DNA of 64,000 bases, from contig OY968769.1 in NCBI GenBank assembly GCA_963695345.1, forward strand, positions 1,824,001 through 1,888,000, read 5' to 3'. Numbering within the stretch: position 1 is the stretch's first letter; each line of letters starts with the position of its first letter. The notes below the pieces were generated by a model. It saw nothing but the letters and a program-made list of their open reading frames with translations, was not told where the DNA came from and made no database searches. Origin of the DNA: an uncultured Methanomassiliicoccales archaeon (GTDB lineage Archaea; Thermoplasmatota; Thermoplasmata; Methanomassiliicoccales; UBA472). The translations under genes and the position numbers were made by a program. Below, piece by piece: positions 29,892-39,849 of this stretch.

Positions 29892-30737
29892 TCAGAGATC
29901 GACGTTACTATCGATCTTCTCTTCGTCCAGGTCCGGTTCCGTCTGTTCTCCGTTCTTCGATACCCGGATCACTTTGCCGACATGGATATTCATGAGGTCT
30001 TCCGCCGCGACCGTTCGAACACCGGAGTTATCCTCGATGAACGATGCCTGGCGGTCGGCCCCCTCATGCACCAGCTTAGCCCCGAAGTGCGTCAGGATGA
30101 TCATCTGCGGGCGCAGCATCTGGGCGATCTCCAGTGCATCCTCCGTACAGATATGATTGGATACACGTGACTTAAGCGGGCGGGTCAGGCATAGGATGAT
30201 TATGCGCGATCCCGCATGCTGTTTTATGACCTCATAGTCGAACTCGGTATCGCTCATGTACGATACGTCCCCGTTCTGAGTACTGAGCACGAAACCGACT
30301 CCAGACGGGTCGCTGTGCCGGGTGCTGGTGGCCCTAACCTCCATCGAACCGATGTTGAACGTGTCGCCGCCCTTGACCGAGAGGACCTTCTCCGGGATCG
30401 AGCGGTGGTAGCTGGAAATTGCTGGTCCATGTCCCTCGTAGCCATCGAGGACGCTCTGCGAGCCCACCACCAAACCCCTCTTCTTCAAGCCCCCGCGGGT
30501 CATGCCCTCGACCAGGACCTCAGCATCCGAATAGTGGTCTGGATGACAATGGGATATGAGCAACGCGTCAGTCTTGGCCGGGTCCAGATGCAGCCGGCTC
30601 ATGTTATAGAGAGCGGTCGGGCCAGGATCGATATGGACCTTCGCCACATCCTTTACATAAAGACCCCCGGTAGCTCGCACCTGGTAGATCGTGGCGAACC
30701 TTCCTCCGCCGGTGCCCAGGAACGTCAAAGTCGTCAT
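29892..30737 (-). CDS. MBL-fold metallo-hydrolase
   Basis: FLGTGGG, SHCHPDH, SDT, THFG. Confidence 0.88.
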   Translation of the reverse strand: MTTLTFLGTGGGRFATIYQVRATGGLYVKDVAKVHIDPGPTALYNMSRLHLDPAKTDALLISHCHPDHYSDAEVLVEGMTRGGLKKRGLVVGSQSVLDGYEGHGPAISSYHRSIPEKVLSVKGGDTFNIGSMEVRATSTRHSDPSGVGFVLSTQNGDVSYMSDTEFDYEVIKQHAGSRIIILCLTRPLKSRVSNHICTEDALEIAQMLRPQMIILTHFGAKLVHEGADRQASFIEDNSGVRTVAAEDLMNIHVGKVIRVSKNGEQTEPDLDEEKIDSNVDL

Positions 30738-30862
30738 GTAACCACAAAAATCCGATTATGGTCCCCCAGCCCTTCCGATTGCTTGAATCTTTCGGATGGT
30801 ACGCTGATTTGTGAACTCCAACAAGGATTATCTATTTCAGATAGGATAACGAGCCGATCCGG

Positions 30863-32143
30863 ATGACCACGCTGATCAAGAACGCTCACATTGTGACCCA
30901 GAATGCGAAACGGGAGATTTTGAAAGGTGACATCCTGGTCGATAAGGGAAGGATCGAGGCGATCGGGAAGATATCCGACTCCGCTGACCGGGAGATCGAT
31001 GCGAAGGGCGACGTCGTAATCCCCGGCCTGATCAATACTCACAGTCATGTGGCCATGGCAACGATGAAGGCGGTGGCGGACGACGTAACATTCCCGAACT
31101 TTCTGGACCGGGTTTTCGCGTTGGACTCGAAGCGAACGGAAAAGGACATCAAGGCAGGAGCGGCCCTCGGATGCCTGGAGATGATCCGTTCTGGCACGAC
31201 ATCGTTCGTTGATCTGTACTATTCGGAGGACGTGATCGGAAAGGTAGTGGAGCAGTCCGGCCTGAGAGGTCTTCTCTGCTGGGCGGTGCTGGATGTTGAA
31301 TACACGACCCAGAAGGGAGTCCCTCTGGACAACTGCAAGAGGTTCTGCGAGCAGTTCAAGGACAGCACGAGGGTGATTCCTGGCATTGGGTTGCAAGGGG
31401 TCTATGTGTGTTCGACCGATACTCTTGTCTCATCGAACGAGTACTCTGAGAGCAGCGGCAGGCGGATGACGTTCCACCTTTCAGAAACACGAAAGGAGGT
31501 CTATGACCTTAAGAAGAAGGAAGGTCTGCGGCCCGCAGAATATCTGGCCAAGATCGGGGTTCTCAACGAACGGTGCATCGCGGCGCATTCGGCTTGGTTG
31601 ACGATCAATGAGGTAAAGATACTGGGCAGGGAGAAGGTATCTGTCTCCACTTGTCCTGTTTCGAACATGAAGCTCGCCACCGGGGGCGTGGCGCCAATTC
31701 CTGAAATGCTCCAGAACGAAGTTAACGTTTCGATCGGCACCGACGGCAGCACAACGAACAATAGCCTCGACTTGTTCGGGGAGATGAAGACACTGTCACT
31801 GCTGCAGAAGGCTTCCCGATGGGACCCGACCGTTCTGCCTTCTCAGCAGGTATTAGATTTCGCGACACTGGGCGGGGCCAAGGCGCTCGGCCTTTCAGAC
31901 CAGATCGGGTCCATCGAGGTCGGAAAGAGGGCAGACCTGGTGATCATGGACGGCAGGTCACCCTGCCTAAGGCCGATGCTGCCGGAGAACATCGTCTCCA
32001 ACCTGGTCTATTCAGCCGGAAGGGGAGATGTGAAGACCGTCCTATGCGACGGGAAGATTGTTATGCAGGACCGCGTGGTCCAGACCATGGATGAGGCAAT
32101 GGTCCTGGATGATTCAGAGGAAGCGATCCGGGCGCTGCTCTAG
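30863..32143 (+). CDS. Amidohydrolase (MTA/SAH deaminase-like)
   Basis: NTHSH, HLSET, CPVSNMKL, GTDG, GKRAD. Confidence 0.88.
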   Translation: MTTLIKNAHIVTQNAKREILKGDILVDKGRIEAIGKISDSADREIDAKGDVVIPGLINTHSHVAMATMKAVADDVTFPNFLDRVFALDSKRTEKDIKAGAALGCLEMIRSGTTSFVDLYYSEDVIGKVVEQSGLRGLLCWAVLDVEYTTQKGVPLDNCKRFCEQFKDSTRVIPGIGLQGVYVCSTDTLVSSNEYSESSGRRMTFHLSETRKEVYDLKKKEGLRPAEYLAKIGVLNERCIAAHSAWLTINEVKILGREKVSVSTCPVSNMKLATGGVAPIPEMLQNEVNVSIGTDGSTTNNSLDLFGEMKTLSLLQKASRWDPTVLPSQQVLDFATLGGAKALGLSDQIGSIEVGKRADLVIMDGRSPCLRPMLPENIVSNLVYSAGRGDVKTVLCDGKIVMQDRVVQTMDEAMVLDDSEEAIRALL

Positions 32144-32195
32144 ACCATCACCAGCTCGGAAAAAAGGAATATTCAGAGAGTTTATTACGGGCGGT

Positions 32196-32405
32196 TCATT
32201 TGAACTGCCAAATGATGATCGCCAACAGTGTCATCATGAAAACGGCAATGGCTAGAACGGCAATGATCCAATCATTCGCTGGCTCCGCCGCAGACGGAAC
32301 GGTGACGATAAGCTCTTTCGCCATGTCATCTTTCTCCAGATTATTGGTCGCCGCGACCTTGTGGAGGTAACTACTGCCGGAAGCGGTTCCAGTTGTCTGG
32401 ATATG
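32196..32405 (-). pseudogene. Remnant of a Fn3 surface protein C-terminus, or a 42-aa single-TM protein (32196-32324)
   Basis: GSSYLHKVAATNN...VTVP then WIIAVLAIAVFMMTLLAIIIWQFK. Confidence 0.45.
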
Positions 32406-32532
32406 CTAGGTCAGAAACCATCACTATTCATAATGCGATCTGCATAAAATGGCATTCTTTTTTTAGATTATTTGCATCAATGATATTTGGAAAACATCGT
32501 TTGGCAAAATCATAGATAGTAGAAGATGAAGT

Positions 32533-32646
32533 TGGTCCCGACTCCCAGATTTGAACTGGGGACCTGCTGATATCGGCGGCTAAGGAACCGGCAAGCCGGT
32601 ATACCCACTACAGTCAGCCGCTCAAGCCAGACTAAGCTAAGTCGGG
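32533..32646 (-). tRNA. tRNA-Tyr(GTA) with 36-nt intron (32572-32607)
   Basis: CCCGACT/AGTCGGG acceptor with C1:G72, CTGTAG loop, canonical intron position, GTTCAAAT, encoded CCA. Confidence 0.95.
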
Positions 32647-32893
32647 ATTCAGCAGAGTATTACGGAAATCATATTAAACATTTACCGCCCCCGACTTCAA
32701 TCCATATGGGACTGGTAGGGATATTGAGAGGTCGGATAGTTCTCCTATGGAAAGTACTCATGAAGGTCAAATATGATATGGTATCCAGATGCCTGGATAC
32801 GACAATTTTTGATTATAATGACCTAAACTATAAATAGACTCAAAACCTTGACATGTCCGACAAAAAAGGTCGAACAGACCTTCGATGTCTTAG

Positions 32894-33142
32894 GTGAGGG
32901 AATTGGAAGATGCAGATCTAGAAAAGGTGACTCTTCGCCTTCCGGCCAGATATATCCGGGCATTGGACTTTCTGGTCGAGGTGGATGATTTTCCTTCAAG
33001 GTCTGAGGCCATAAGGGCTGCCATCAGAGACTTCGTCTATGCCAGGGTCGACCTGGTTTCGGACAAGTTGAAGAAGATGGAAGAGGCAGAAAAGACACTT
33101 GCCGAAATGGAAAGGTTTGAGGAGAAATACCTAAAGAAGTAG
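32894..33142 (+). CDS. Ribbon-helix-helix regulator, CdrS-like
   Basis: EKVTLRLP...LVEVDDFPSRSEAIRAAIR. Confidence 0.85.
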   Translation: MRELEDADLEKVTLRLPARYIRALDFLVEVDDFPSRSEAIRAAIRDFVYARVDLVSDKLKKMEEAEKTLAEMERFEEKYLKK

Positions 33143-33309
33143 CCTTGTCAGAATGGGATGGGATGCATTCGAAGGGCTGATCACGTTTACCTCCCCTTTT
33201 ATTTTTTTTCTTTGTATCAACTGATATTGGCAGTTCAAAAGACAATATTGGAGATTGGGAAAGCGGATCCGTGAATGGAAAAAGGGTTTTCAGAAAGTTG
33301 ATCGAAGGT

Positions 33310-34068
33310 TCAACCGATATATCCTAGATCTTCCTTCTTTGGCGCGATCGGGGCCTCTATCTCCTTAAGTTTCGAGGTAATGCTCTCAATCTGTTCGGCT
33401 TTCTCCTCGAGCGCCTTGTAATCGACCTCGACCTTTAGAATCCCGGTCAATATTCTGAGGACTGCCTCGGCACCCTTGGGGTCAACGAAATATCCAGAGG
33501 TCTCGCCCATGAGGCACACGGAACGCATACCGTAGATCTTACCCAATCCAAGTAACAGTCCGCTCGCTCCCACGATACCGCTTCCCGGTTCGCCTTTCGA
33601 GAAGACAACTCCCTTATCCCTCATCTCCTCGACGAGCTCCTTATCTGTGGCCGCCCCCAGGACCCTGGGCTTATCCAGCATCTTTCCGACACCGTATCCT
33701 CCCAGGGTATAGACGCGTTTGACGCCCAAACCTTTCACAACCGTGAGTACATGGTCCGAGAGCTCATACTGGCCCTCCGGTGACAATCCTTGGTAGTCTC
33801 CTATCAGGATGATCAGGTCGGGCCTCAGCCCCTCCCCTCTGGAATAGAAAAGTTCGTTGTTAACCAGCCGGATCAGGCCCTCATCATCCACCAGGACCTG
33901 GGGCGGGAAGTATTTGGAATAGATGTCAGCGAACTTCGTGGCCTTGAGCTGTTCCACCAAATGCTCGGCTGCCAGCTTGCCCACGTTTCCGACGCCAGGT
34001 AGGCCTTCTACGAGCACGGGCTCATCCAGTACCGGCATCTCTGTGACAATCATCTTGATGTTATCCAT
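33310..34068 (-). CDS. Proteasome assembly chaperone (PAC2) family
   Basis: EGLPGVGNVGK, TLGGY, LMGETSG; conserved position after nop10. Confidence 0.92.
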   Translation of the reverse strand: MDNIKMIVTEMPVLDEPVLVEGLPGVGNVGKLAAEHLVEQLKATKFADIYSKYFPPQVLVDDEGLIRLVNNELFYSRGEGLRPDLIILIGDYQGLSPEGQYELSDHVLTVVKGLGVKRVYTLGGYGVGKMLDKPRVLGAATDKELVEEMRDKGVVFSKGEPGSGIVGASGLLLGLGKIYGMRSVCLMGETSGYFVDPKGAEAVLRILTGILKVEVDYKALEEKAEQIESITSKLKEIEAPIAPKKEDLGYIG

Positions 34069-34069
34069 T

Positions 34070-34234
34070 TCAATCCCTCGATTGTTTGTTCAACATTCTT
34101 CTGTACTTGCCGTACTTGTCCTCCGGCGAGTACCTTGGCGGTATTGGCACGCTGGTGGCTTCACCGCATTTCGGACAAACGTCGTGCAACGTATACTCTT
34201 CACACTTGGGGCATTTTCGCAGCGACGTCTTCAT
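34070..34234 (-). CDS. nop10: H/ACA RNP protein Nop10
   Basis: Manual translation, 54 aa: KCPKC..YTL...CPKCG...PPRYSPEDKYGKYR. Confidence 0.95.
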   Translation of the reverse strand: MKTSLRKCPKCEEYTLHDVCPKCGEATSVPIPPRYSPEDKYGKYRRMLNKQSRD

Positions 34235-34304
34235 AGCAAGTCCTCTATGGGCTGAAGCTGAATGTGTGCTCTATCAATAAAATATTGCCTCTCACCGAAG
34301 GACT

Positions 34305-35087
34305 TCACTTGTCCTCACGGTGGAAGCTTCCTTCTCCGCCCGATTCCTTGACCATGGAGATCACGCTTGCCGTGATAACCTTCATCTCTTCCTCGGCTGA
34401 CTTATAGTCAGGAGCGGAGAGCACTATGCGGTATTTCGGGGCACCAATATACTGGATCTTGATCCGATCCTCGCCCTCAGCCATTCCTGCCAGGAGCGCT
34501 TCCCTTATCCGGTCCACACCATCGGCGGCGGGACACTTGAGCTCAAGATAGCCAGAGATCTGCACGTATGGTGGGGTGACGTTCTCCTTGGCTACCTCAG
34601 CGAACACTGTGGTCCAATCGCCCTCGACCTCAGCGTCCTTCAACGCTGTGGAACTGGCGGCGCATGCTTCGAAAGCTGCATACAAAGTGCCGAACTTGTC
34701 CGCCAAATCATATCCGAAGCTCTCGAGAGTGGCATCGACGGTCATTCCTAACCGCTCAGCAACGATCTCCATTAGCTTCTCAGCCTTGTTTTCATTCTTC
34801 CACTGTTGGATCTTTTCACGGCGCTGGTGTTCGTTGACAGATTTCAGGGAAAGGTCGATGTGACCTTTTGATGAATCGACGCCAAGGACCTTTGTGACAA
34901 TCTTCTGTCCTTCCCTGACGTAATCCCTGATATACTTTACCCAGCCCGTGGCTACATCCCTTACGTGGATGAAACCTTCCTTGTTCCCATATTCGTCCAA
35001 TGTGACGAACGCACCAAAGTTCTTTACGTTCTGGACTGTGCAAACAACGAGTTCGCCTTCCTCAGGAAACTCGCTGGCTTTGGGCAT
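34305..35087 (-). CDS. eif2a: Translation initiation factor 2 alpha
   Basis: PEEGELV S1 domain, GHIDLSLK, GAPKY. Confidence 0.95.
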   Translation of the reverse strand: MPKASEFPEEGELVVCTVQNVKNFGAFVTLDEYGNKEGFIHVRDVATGWVKYIRDYVREGQKIVTKVLGVDSSKGHIDLSLKSVNEHQRREKIQQWKNENKAEKLMEIVAERLGMTVDATLESFGYDLADKFGTLYAAFEACAASSTALKDAEVEGDWTTVFAEVAKENVTPPYVQISGYLELKCPAADGVDRIREALLAGMAEGEDRIKIQYIGAPKYRIVLSAPDYKSAEEEMKVITASVISMVKESGGEGSFHREDK

Positions 35088-35260
35088 TAATCGACCACCT
35101 CTAACAGCTGTCCCTTCATCTCTCCCACGCCTCCGCGGGGTTTGATCAAGGTCGAGCCGCAGACATGGCAGGTTACGGGCATGGCGGGCTTCTTGAAGGC
35201 CACCTGCTCGTTGCCGCAATCAGCGCATTTTACTTTTACGAAGTTAGTCGTGTGTACCAT
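35087..35260 (-). CDS. rps27e: Ribosomal protein S27e
   Basis: FVKVKCADC...CHVCG..L..P.GG. Confidence 0.95.
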   Translation of the reverse strand: MVHTTNFVKVKCADCGNEQVAFKKPAMPVTCHVCGSTLIKPRGGVGEMKGQLLEVVD

Positions 35261-35265
35261 CTGGA

Positions 35266-35544
35266 TCACTCCGTTAGCTCGAATTTCTTGGCCCTGAAGC
35301 AGCGCTTCTGATGAGCCTTTTTGCATTTCTTGCAGCGGTATCTCAACGGGATCCTCTTGGTCGGCTTCTCCCTGCCTTCCGGTTTCGGACGCGGGAAACC
35401 TCCATATCCAGAGGTTGCCCTTCTGAACCTTCGCTGACCCCACTTGAGTTCGCTAGCCTTCTTTTTCTTGACCCTTTCTACCTCATGGTCGGTGTGAACC
35501 TTGCAGAAGGGACAGTAAGTCTTAATTTGCCTGGGCATTTTCAT
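35266..35544 (-). CDS. rpl44e: Ribosomal protein L44e
   Basis: TYCPFC..HT.H, GYGGFP, KPTK, CKKC. Confidence 0.96.
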   Translation of the reverse strand: MKMPRQIKTYCPFCKVHTDHEVERVKKKKASELKWGQRRFRRATSGYGGFPRPKPEGREKPTKRIPLRYRCKKCKKAHQKRCFRAKKFELTE

Positions 35545-35999
35545 TATATCACCCTTGGAAGCAACAGGCTTAATACTCAATTCCTATATAAACCTATTAC
35601 ACCAGGTCTGGATGCTGGTCCTATACTGGCATGGTCTTTCGACCTAGGCTCAGTAAGTTACTCGCCTTCCTTTTTCGAGCAATGAAGTCACTGGTTTATA
35701 ACTATTGCCATGGTGGTAGTTGGCAGATTACCTGCGTTCGAATCACGGTCAGCCTTCATCCACATGACATGCCTGTGGGTCATAGAATATCGAACTTATA
35801 ATCACCGAAAGTTTATAATATAGAGGTGAATGTCTGGAGGATTCCGCACAAATAACTTCTTGCATGCAATGCAATTCTAAATACTGGATAAATAGCCAGC
35901 AATATAGAAATGTTATTTGAATCAGTGCGTCAAATAGAAAACGATATATATCTATGCGATAATAAATGGTATGTATCGGATATTGGAAAGGTGTAATTA

Positions 36000-36365
36000 A
36001 TGGCTGACAGGGGTTTCAGTAAGAAGGACGAGACACTGGTCGAGCTTCTCATGGGCACTGGCATGCCCAAGAACGTGGCTAAGACACTGGCCTTCCTGCG
36101 AAAGAAGGAAGAGACGACCTCAGTAGATATCGAGATATCCACCGCGCTCAGGCAACCCGAGGTTTCCATCGCGATGCAGGAGCTCAGGAGGAGAAAATGG
36201 GTGATCAAGCGGGACATCAAAAAGGAAGGCAAAGGCCGCCCGGTCCATGCGTATAAGCTTGCGATCCCGTTCGAGAAGATCGTCGAAACTCTTGAGAAGG
36301 AAGAAAGGAAGAGGATCGAGCGAATCGAAAGCAACATCGAGCAGCTAAAGACCATGGCCCACTAG
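36000..36365 (+). CDS. Archaeal winged-HTH transcriptional regulator
   Basis: LRQPEVSIAM, GKGRP..Y. Confidence 0.85.
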   Translation: MADRGFSKKDETLVELLMGTGMPKNVAKTLAFLRKKEETTSVDIEISTALRQPEVSIAMQELRRRKWVIKRDIKKEGKGRPVHAYKLAIPFEKIVETLEKEERKRIERIESNIEQLKTMAH

Positions 36366-36377
36366 GCCAGGTCGTTT

Positions 36378-37046
36378 TCATTTCTCCATAACAACGGTCC
36401 GATCGGGATAGGCCACGACCGCTTTCGTTGCCAATCCTAGGAATAGGCCGGTCTCGACCACGCCAGGTATGCTTTTCAGCTTAATCTCGAGGGAAGAAGG
36501 GTCATCGATGCTATCAAAACGGCAGTTGTAGATGAAATTGCCATTGTCGGAGATGAACGGTTTCTCCCCTCCTTTGAGCTCCGGAACGCATCCTAGGGAC
36601 CGGATGTTCCTCGCCGTCATGACATGGCCGAAACGGGTCACCTCGATCGGAAGGGGTGATTTCGTTCCCAATTTCCTCACCAGTTTACCTTCATCCACGA
36701 TTATGATCTCCTGTTTAGAGGCGTAGGCCACCATTTTTTCCCGCAGGAGCGCGCCCCCCATTCCCTTGATCAGGTTCAGGTCGTCGTCTACCTCGTCCGC
36801 TCCATCAATGGTCAGGTCGATCCCCTTTATCTCATCCATGGAGACCAAAGGGATGCCGCACTTCATGGCCTGTTCTTCGGAGGCTATCGAGGTGGGGACC
36901 CCCCGCAGGTCGTAGCCCTTTTTCACCAGCTCTCCGATCGCCTCGATGGCGAAGAAGGTGGTCGACCCGGTACCAAGACCCAGAACCATCCCGTCTTCGA
37001 TGAATTCCACTGCCTTCTGCGCGGCCTTTCTCTTCAATTCGCTCAT
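36378..37046 (-). CDS. rpiA: Ribose-5-phosphate isomerase A
   Basis: GLGTGST, DGADE, KG.GGALLREK, PGVVETGLF. Confidence 0.97.
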   Translation of the reverse strand: MSELKRKAAQKAVEFIEDGMVLGLGTGSTTFFAIEAIGELVKKGYDLRGVPTSIASEEQAMKCGIPLVSMDEIKGIDLTIDGADEVDDDLNLIKGMGGALLREKMVAYASKQEIIIVDEGKLVRKLGTKSPLPIEVTRFGHVMTARNIRSLGCVPELKGGEKPFISDNGNFIYNCRFDSIDDPSSLEIKLKSIPGVVETGLFLGLATKAVVAYPDRTVVMEK

Positions 37047-37048
37047 TC

Positions 37049-37765
37049 TCACACGCCCAGGTCCTTTCGGATGAGCTCGGTCAATGCATCGGTGATGTAG
37101 TCATTGAGGCGTTTCCCGGCCTGTGCCGTTGCCTTGGCTGCGTCTCCCACAAATCCCTGCGGATAGCACCGTTCCGGGTCGCTGAGGACCGTGTATCCCG
37201 ACGAAACGAACTCTCCCTTGGTGCGGTTCTTCGGCACCAGGTCCGGCCTGATCGCCATTATGCGAGATGTTTCCATCATCCCTCCATGGCCATCTCCTCT
37301 ACCGGCCCCTATCTCCTCCTGGACATTCTTGCCGATGTCGTAATCAGCTAGGAAAAGAACTTCCATCTGATACCGGCGAACTACATCCTCGCAGGCGTCC
37401 TTGATCATGGCCATATGGACACTTCCCGAATGGCCGGTGATGATGACTATCTTGCGGATGCCGTTCCGGTGCAAGGACTCCAAGACATCTACTACGATAG
37501 CGCGGAGCGTCGACGATGTTATCCCGATCGTCCCCGGGAGGTTCCTCGTCGAGGAATGCTGTCCGTACTTTATCGCCGGAGCCACCAGGCCGTTGACCCT
37601 CTGGGCGACGGCATCCGCGATGGCCTCGGGCTGGAACGAGTCGGTTCCCAGCGGTAGATGGGGGCCATGCGCCTCCGTAGCACCCATGGGCAGGATGACC
37701 ACCGGATCTCTCTCGACCGCTTCGGCGAACTCGTTGCTGGTCATCTCGTCTATGCGCATGCTCAC
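37049..37765 (-). CDS. Creatininase family amidohydrolase
   Basis: EAHGPHLPLGTD, HGGMMETS. Confidence 0.9.
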   Translation of the reverse strand: MSMRIDEMTSNEFAEAVERDPVVILPMGATEAHGPHLPLGTDSFQPEAIADAVAQRVNGLVAPAIKYGQHSSTRNLPGTIGITSSTLRAIVVDVLESLHRNGIRKIVIITGHSGSVHMAMIKDACEDVVRRYQMEVLFLADYDIGKNVQEEIGAGRGDGHGGMMETSRIMAIRPDLVPKNRTKGEFVSSGYTVLSDPERCYPQGFVGDAAKATAQAGKRLNDYITDALTELIRKDLGV

Positions 37766-37914
37766 ACCTTCTTATCGGACTTGAGCAGTCTTGTACCGCA
37801 CACTGGACAATTCCCCTTGGATAGGGAATCCTTGTTGAACTGTTCAACGAGCTGCTTGTTGACCTCTTCCAGACGCTCGTCCTTGATGGTCTTGTTGCAT
37901 TTCGGGCAGTACAT
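37762..37914 (-). CDS. Small zinc-finger protein (50 aa)
   Basis: Manual translation MYCPKC...CPVCG; stop overlaps the creatininase GTG. Confidence 0.8.
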   Translation of the reverse strand: MYCPKCNKTIKDERLEEVNKQLVEQFNKDSLSKGNCPVCGTRLLKSDKKV

Positions 37915-37995
37915 CGGCGTGGCTATCGCTTTTCCTGATATTTTTATGCTCTCCCGAGGGGCAAGATTGAAATCTCCTTCATGGGATGGCAGGGC

Positions 37996-38667
37996 ATGCG
38001 TTTGGCCTGCCTATATTCCGGAGGGAAGGATTCCACCTACTCCGCCTACCTGGTGGAACAGCAGGGGCATCGGGTATGCACCCTGGTGAACATCGTTCCC
38101 AGTGACCCGTATTCCTGGATCTTCCATACTCTGAACCTTGATGCGGTACCCTTAATGGCCCAGGCAATGGGCAAAAGACTGGTCTCGGTGCCCTCGGACG
38201 GGACGGAGGAAGGGGACCTGGCGGCGCTTCGGAAAGGACTTGAGGGGTTGAACGTCGAAGGTGTCGTGGTGGGGGCGATCGCCTCCGACTACCAGTGGGA
38301 CCGGATCAACGGTGTGTGCGAATCCCTCGGCCTGCGGCTGTTCGCACCCATGTGGCGCAAGGACCAGCTGACCCTGCTCAGGGACATGGTCGATGCGGGT
38401 GTGAAGGCCATCATAGTCGGCGTCTTCGCAGAGGGCCTGGACCAGCAATGGCTGGGCCGGACCATCGATCACGGCTGCATCGATGACCTCATCAAGGTGG
38501 CCAAGAAACACGGCATCAACGTCTCCGGCGAGGGCGGCGAATATGAGACGATGGCCCTGGATTCGCCCATGCATGCCCAACCGATAAGGATCGAAAACAC
38601 CGAGAAAGTGGTGGAGCGGGATACCGCCAGGTTGCTGGTCAAGAAGTGTTCTCTCGATTTCGTGTGA
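37996..38667 (+). CDS. Diphthine--ammonia ligase (Dph6 family)
   Basis: SGGKDS, GAIASDYQ, GEGGEYET. Confidence 0.92.
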   Translation: MRLACLYSGGKDSTYSAYLVEQQGHRVCTLVNIVPSDPYSWIFHTLNLDAVPLMAQAMGKRLVSVPSDGTEEGDLAALRKGLEGLNVEGVVVGAIASDYQWDRINGVCESLGLRLFAPMWRKDQLTLLRDMVDAGVKAIIVGVFAEGLDQQWLGRTIDHGCIDDLIKVAKKHGINVSGEGGEYETMALDSPMHAQPIRIENTEKVVERDTARLLVKKCSLDFV

Positions 38668-38876
38668 ACCCGATGGCATCTGAGCTCGACCCGCAGGCTG
38701 GTCGGAGTCCGGTCCGGTAACCGTTTTTTCACGAACCCGTCCTGGTATGGGGCGGGAAATCACGCCCGTGAGGTCATTTTCTCCGTTCTCCCCCTGGCAG
38801 GGCTGACCGCGGGTGAACTTCCGATGGAATATCGCTCAGGGCGAGAACACAAAAACTTCGCCATTGGCGGAATCGC

Positions 38877-39749
38877 CTACGGCCTATGTTCTCGTCCGAG
38901 AGTTTCGATGATGATCATTTCATTCAAGGGAATGGCATAGTAGTCGATGGTGAACAGCTTCTCGAAACCGGATTTCAGATATAGGGAGAGCGCCACATCA
39001 TTGTCCGTCTGGACGTCAAGTGATATCCTGTCCCTTCCCTCCGCCCTCAAGGTACTTACCGCGTTCTGCAATATTGCCTTGCCGAAACCCTTGCCCCTTG
39101 ACCAGGGCAACACGCAGAATCCAGTAAGTTCAGCCTCTGACCCATTCTCGAGAGCGTCTATCTTACCGATCGGCCTTCCCCCCGCCATGGCCAGAAATCT
39201 CTTCTGATCGGGCTTTGAGTAGAACCGGTCATGGCATTCCAGCTCGATCTCCCGGAGCATGGCGTCATCGTTTCCCACCTCCTTCAGGTCGATGGGTTGC
39301 GCCACTACCAGAGGGTCCCCGTTCGACAGCATTCGATGCTCGGAGAATGCCAATTCTCCCCCCGCCTTTTTTATCAGATCGACCCCCGGGTTGAACCTTC
39401 GGTCATTCATGACGAGGATCCGGAAGTGTCCCCTGCCCTTGCATTCCGCCTTAACGGCATCCAGTAGCAGTGAGGTGATGGTCTCCCAGTCTTCATCTGG
39501 ATCAGCGAAGATCGAGACCTCCGCCTCCTCCTTTTCAAAGGAATAGAAGAAGGAGAAACCAAGGTAGCGTGCCTCCCGCACGAATGCCAAGGCACCGACC
39601 CCAGGCTTGTCCAGCGACCTGAGGAAATCACCGGAGAGAAGGATACCGACATCCATCCTCATCTCGCATTTTTCTTTCAAGGCCAGGATGTGGGAGATGT
39701 CATTTTCCGAAACTGAGGTAATGGGCTCAATTCTTCCGTTGTCGGCCAT
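38877..39749 (-). CDS. Tandem-domain GNAT acetyltransferase
   Basis: RGKGFG, N..ALSLY.K.GF. Confidence 0.85.
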   Translation of the reverse strand: MADNGRIEPITSVSENDISHILALKEKCEMRMDVGILLSGDFLRSLDKPGVGALAFVREARYLGFSFFYSFEKEEAEVSIFADPDEDWETITSLLLDAVKAECKGRGHFRILVMNDRRFNPGVDLIKKAGGELAFSEHRMLSNGDPLVVAQPIDLKEVGNDDAMLREIELECHDRFYSKPDQKRFLAMAGGRPIGKIDALENGSEAELTGFCVLPWSRGKGFGKAILQNAVSTLRAEGRDRISLDVQTDNDVALSLYLKSGFEKLFTIDYYAIPLNEMIIIETLGREHRP

Positions 39750-39849
39750 TCCTCCCCCAGTCACGCTCACGCCAATCCAATCCGTTGCTTACGATTTAAT
39801 ACTTGCATCTAGGCCAACCTTTATGCGACCCACGGACATCTAGAAAAAA

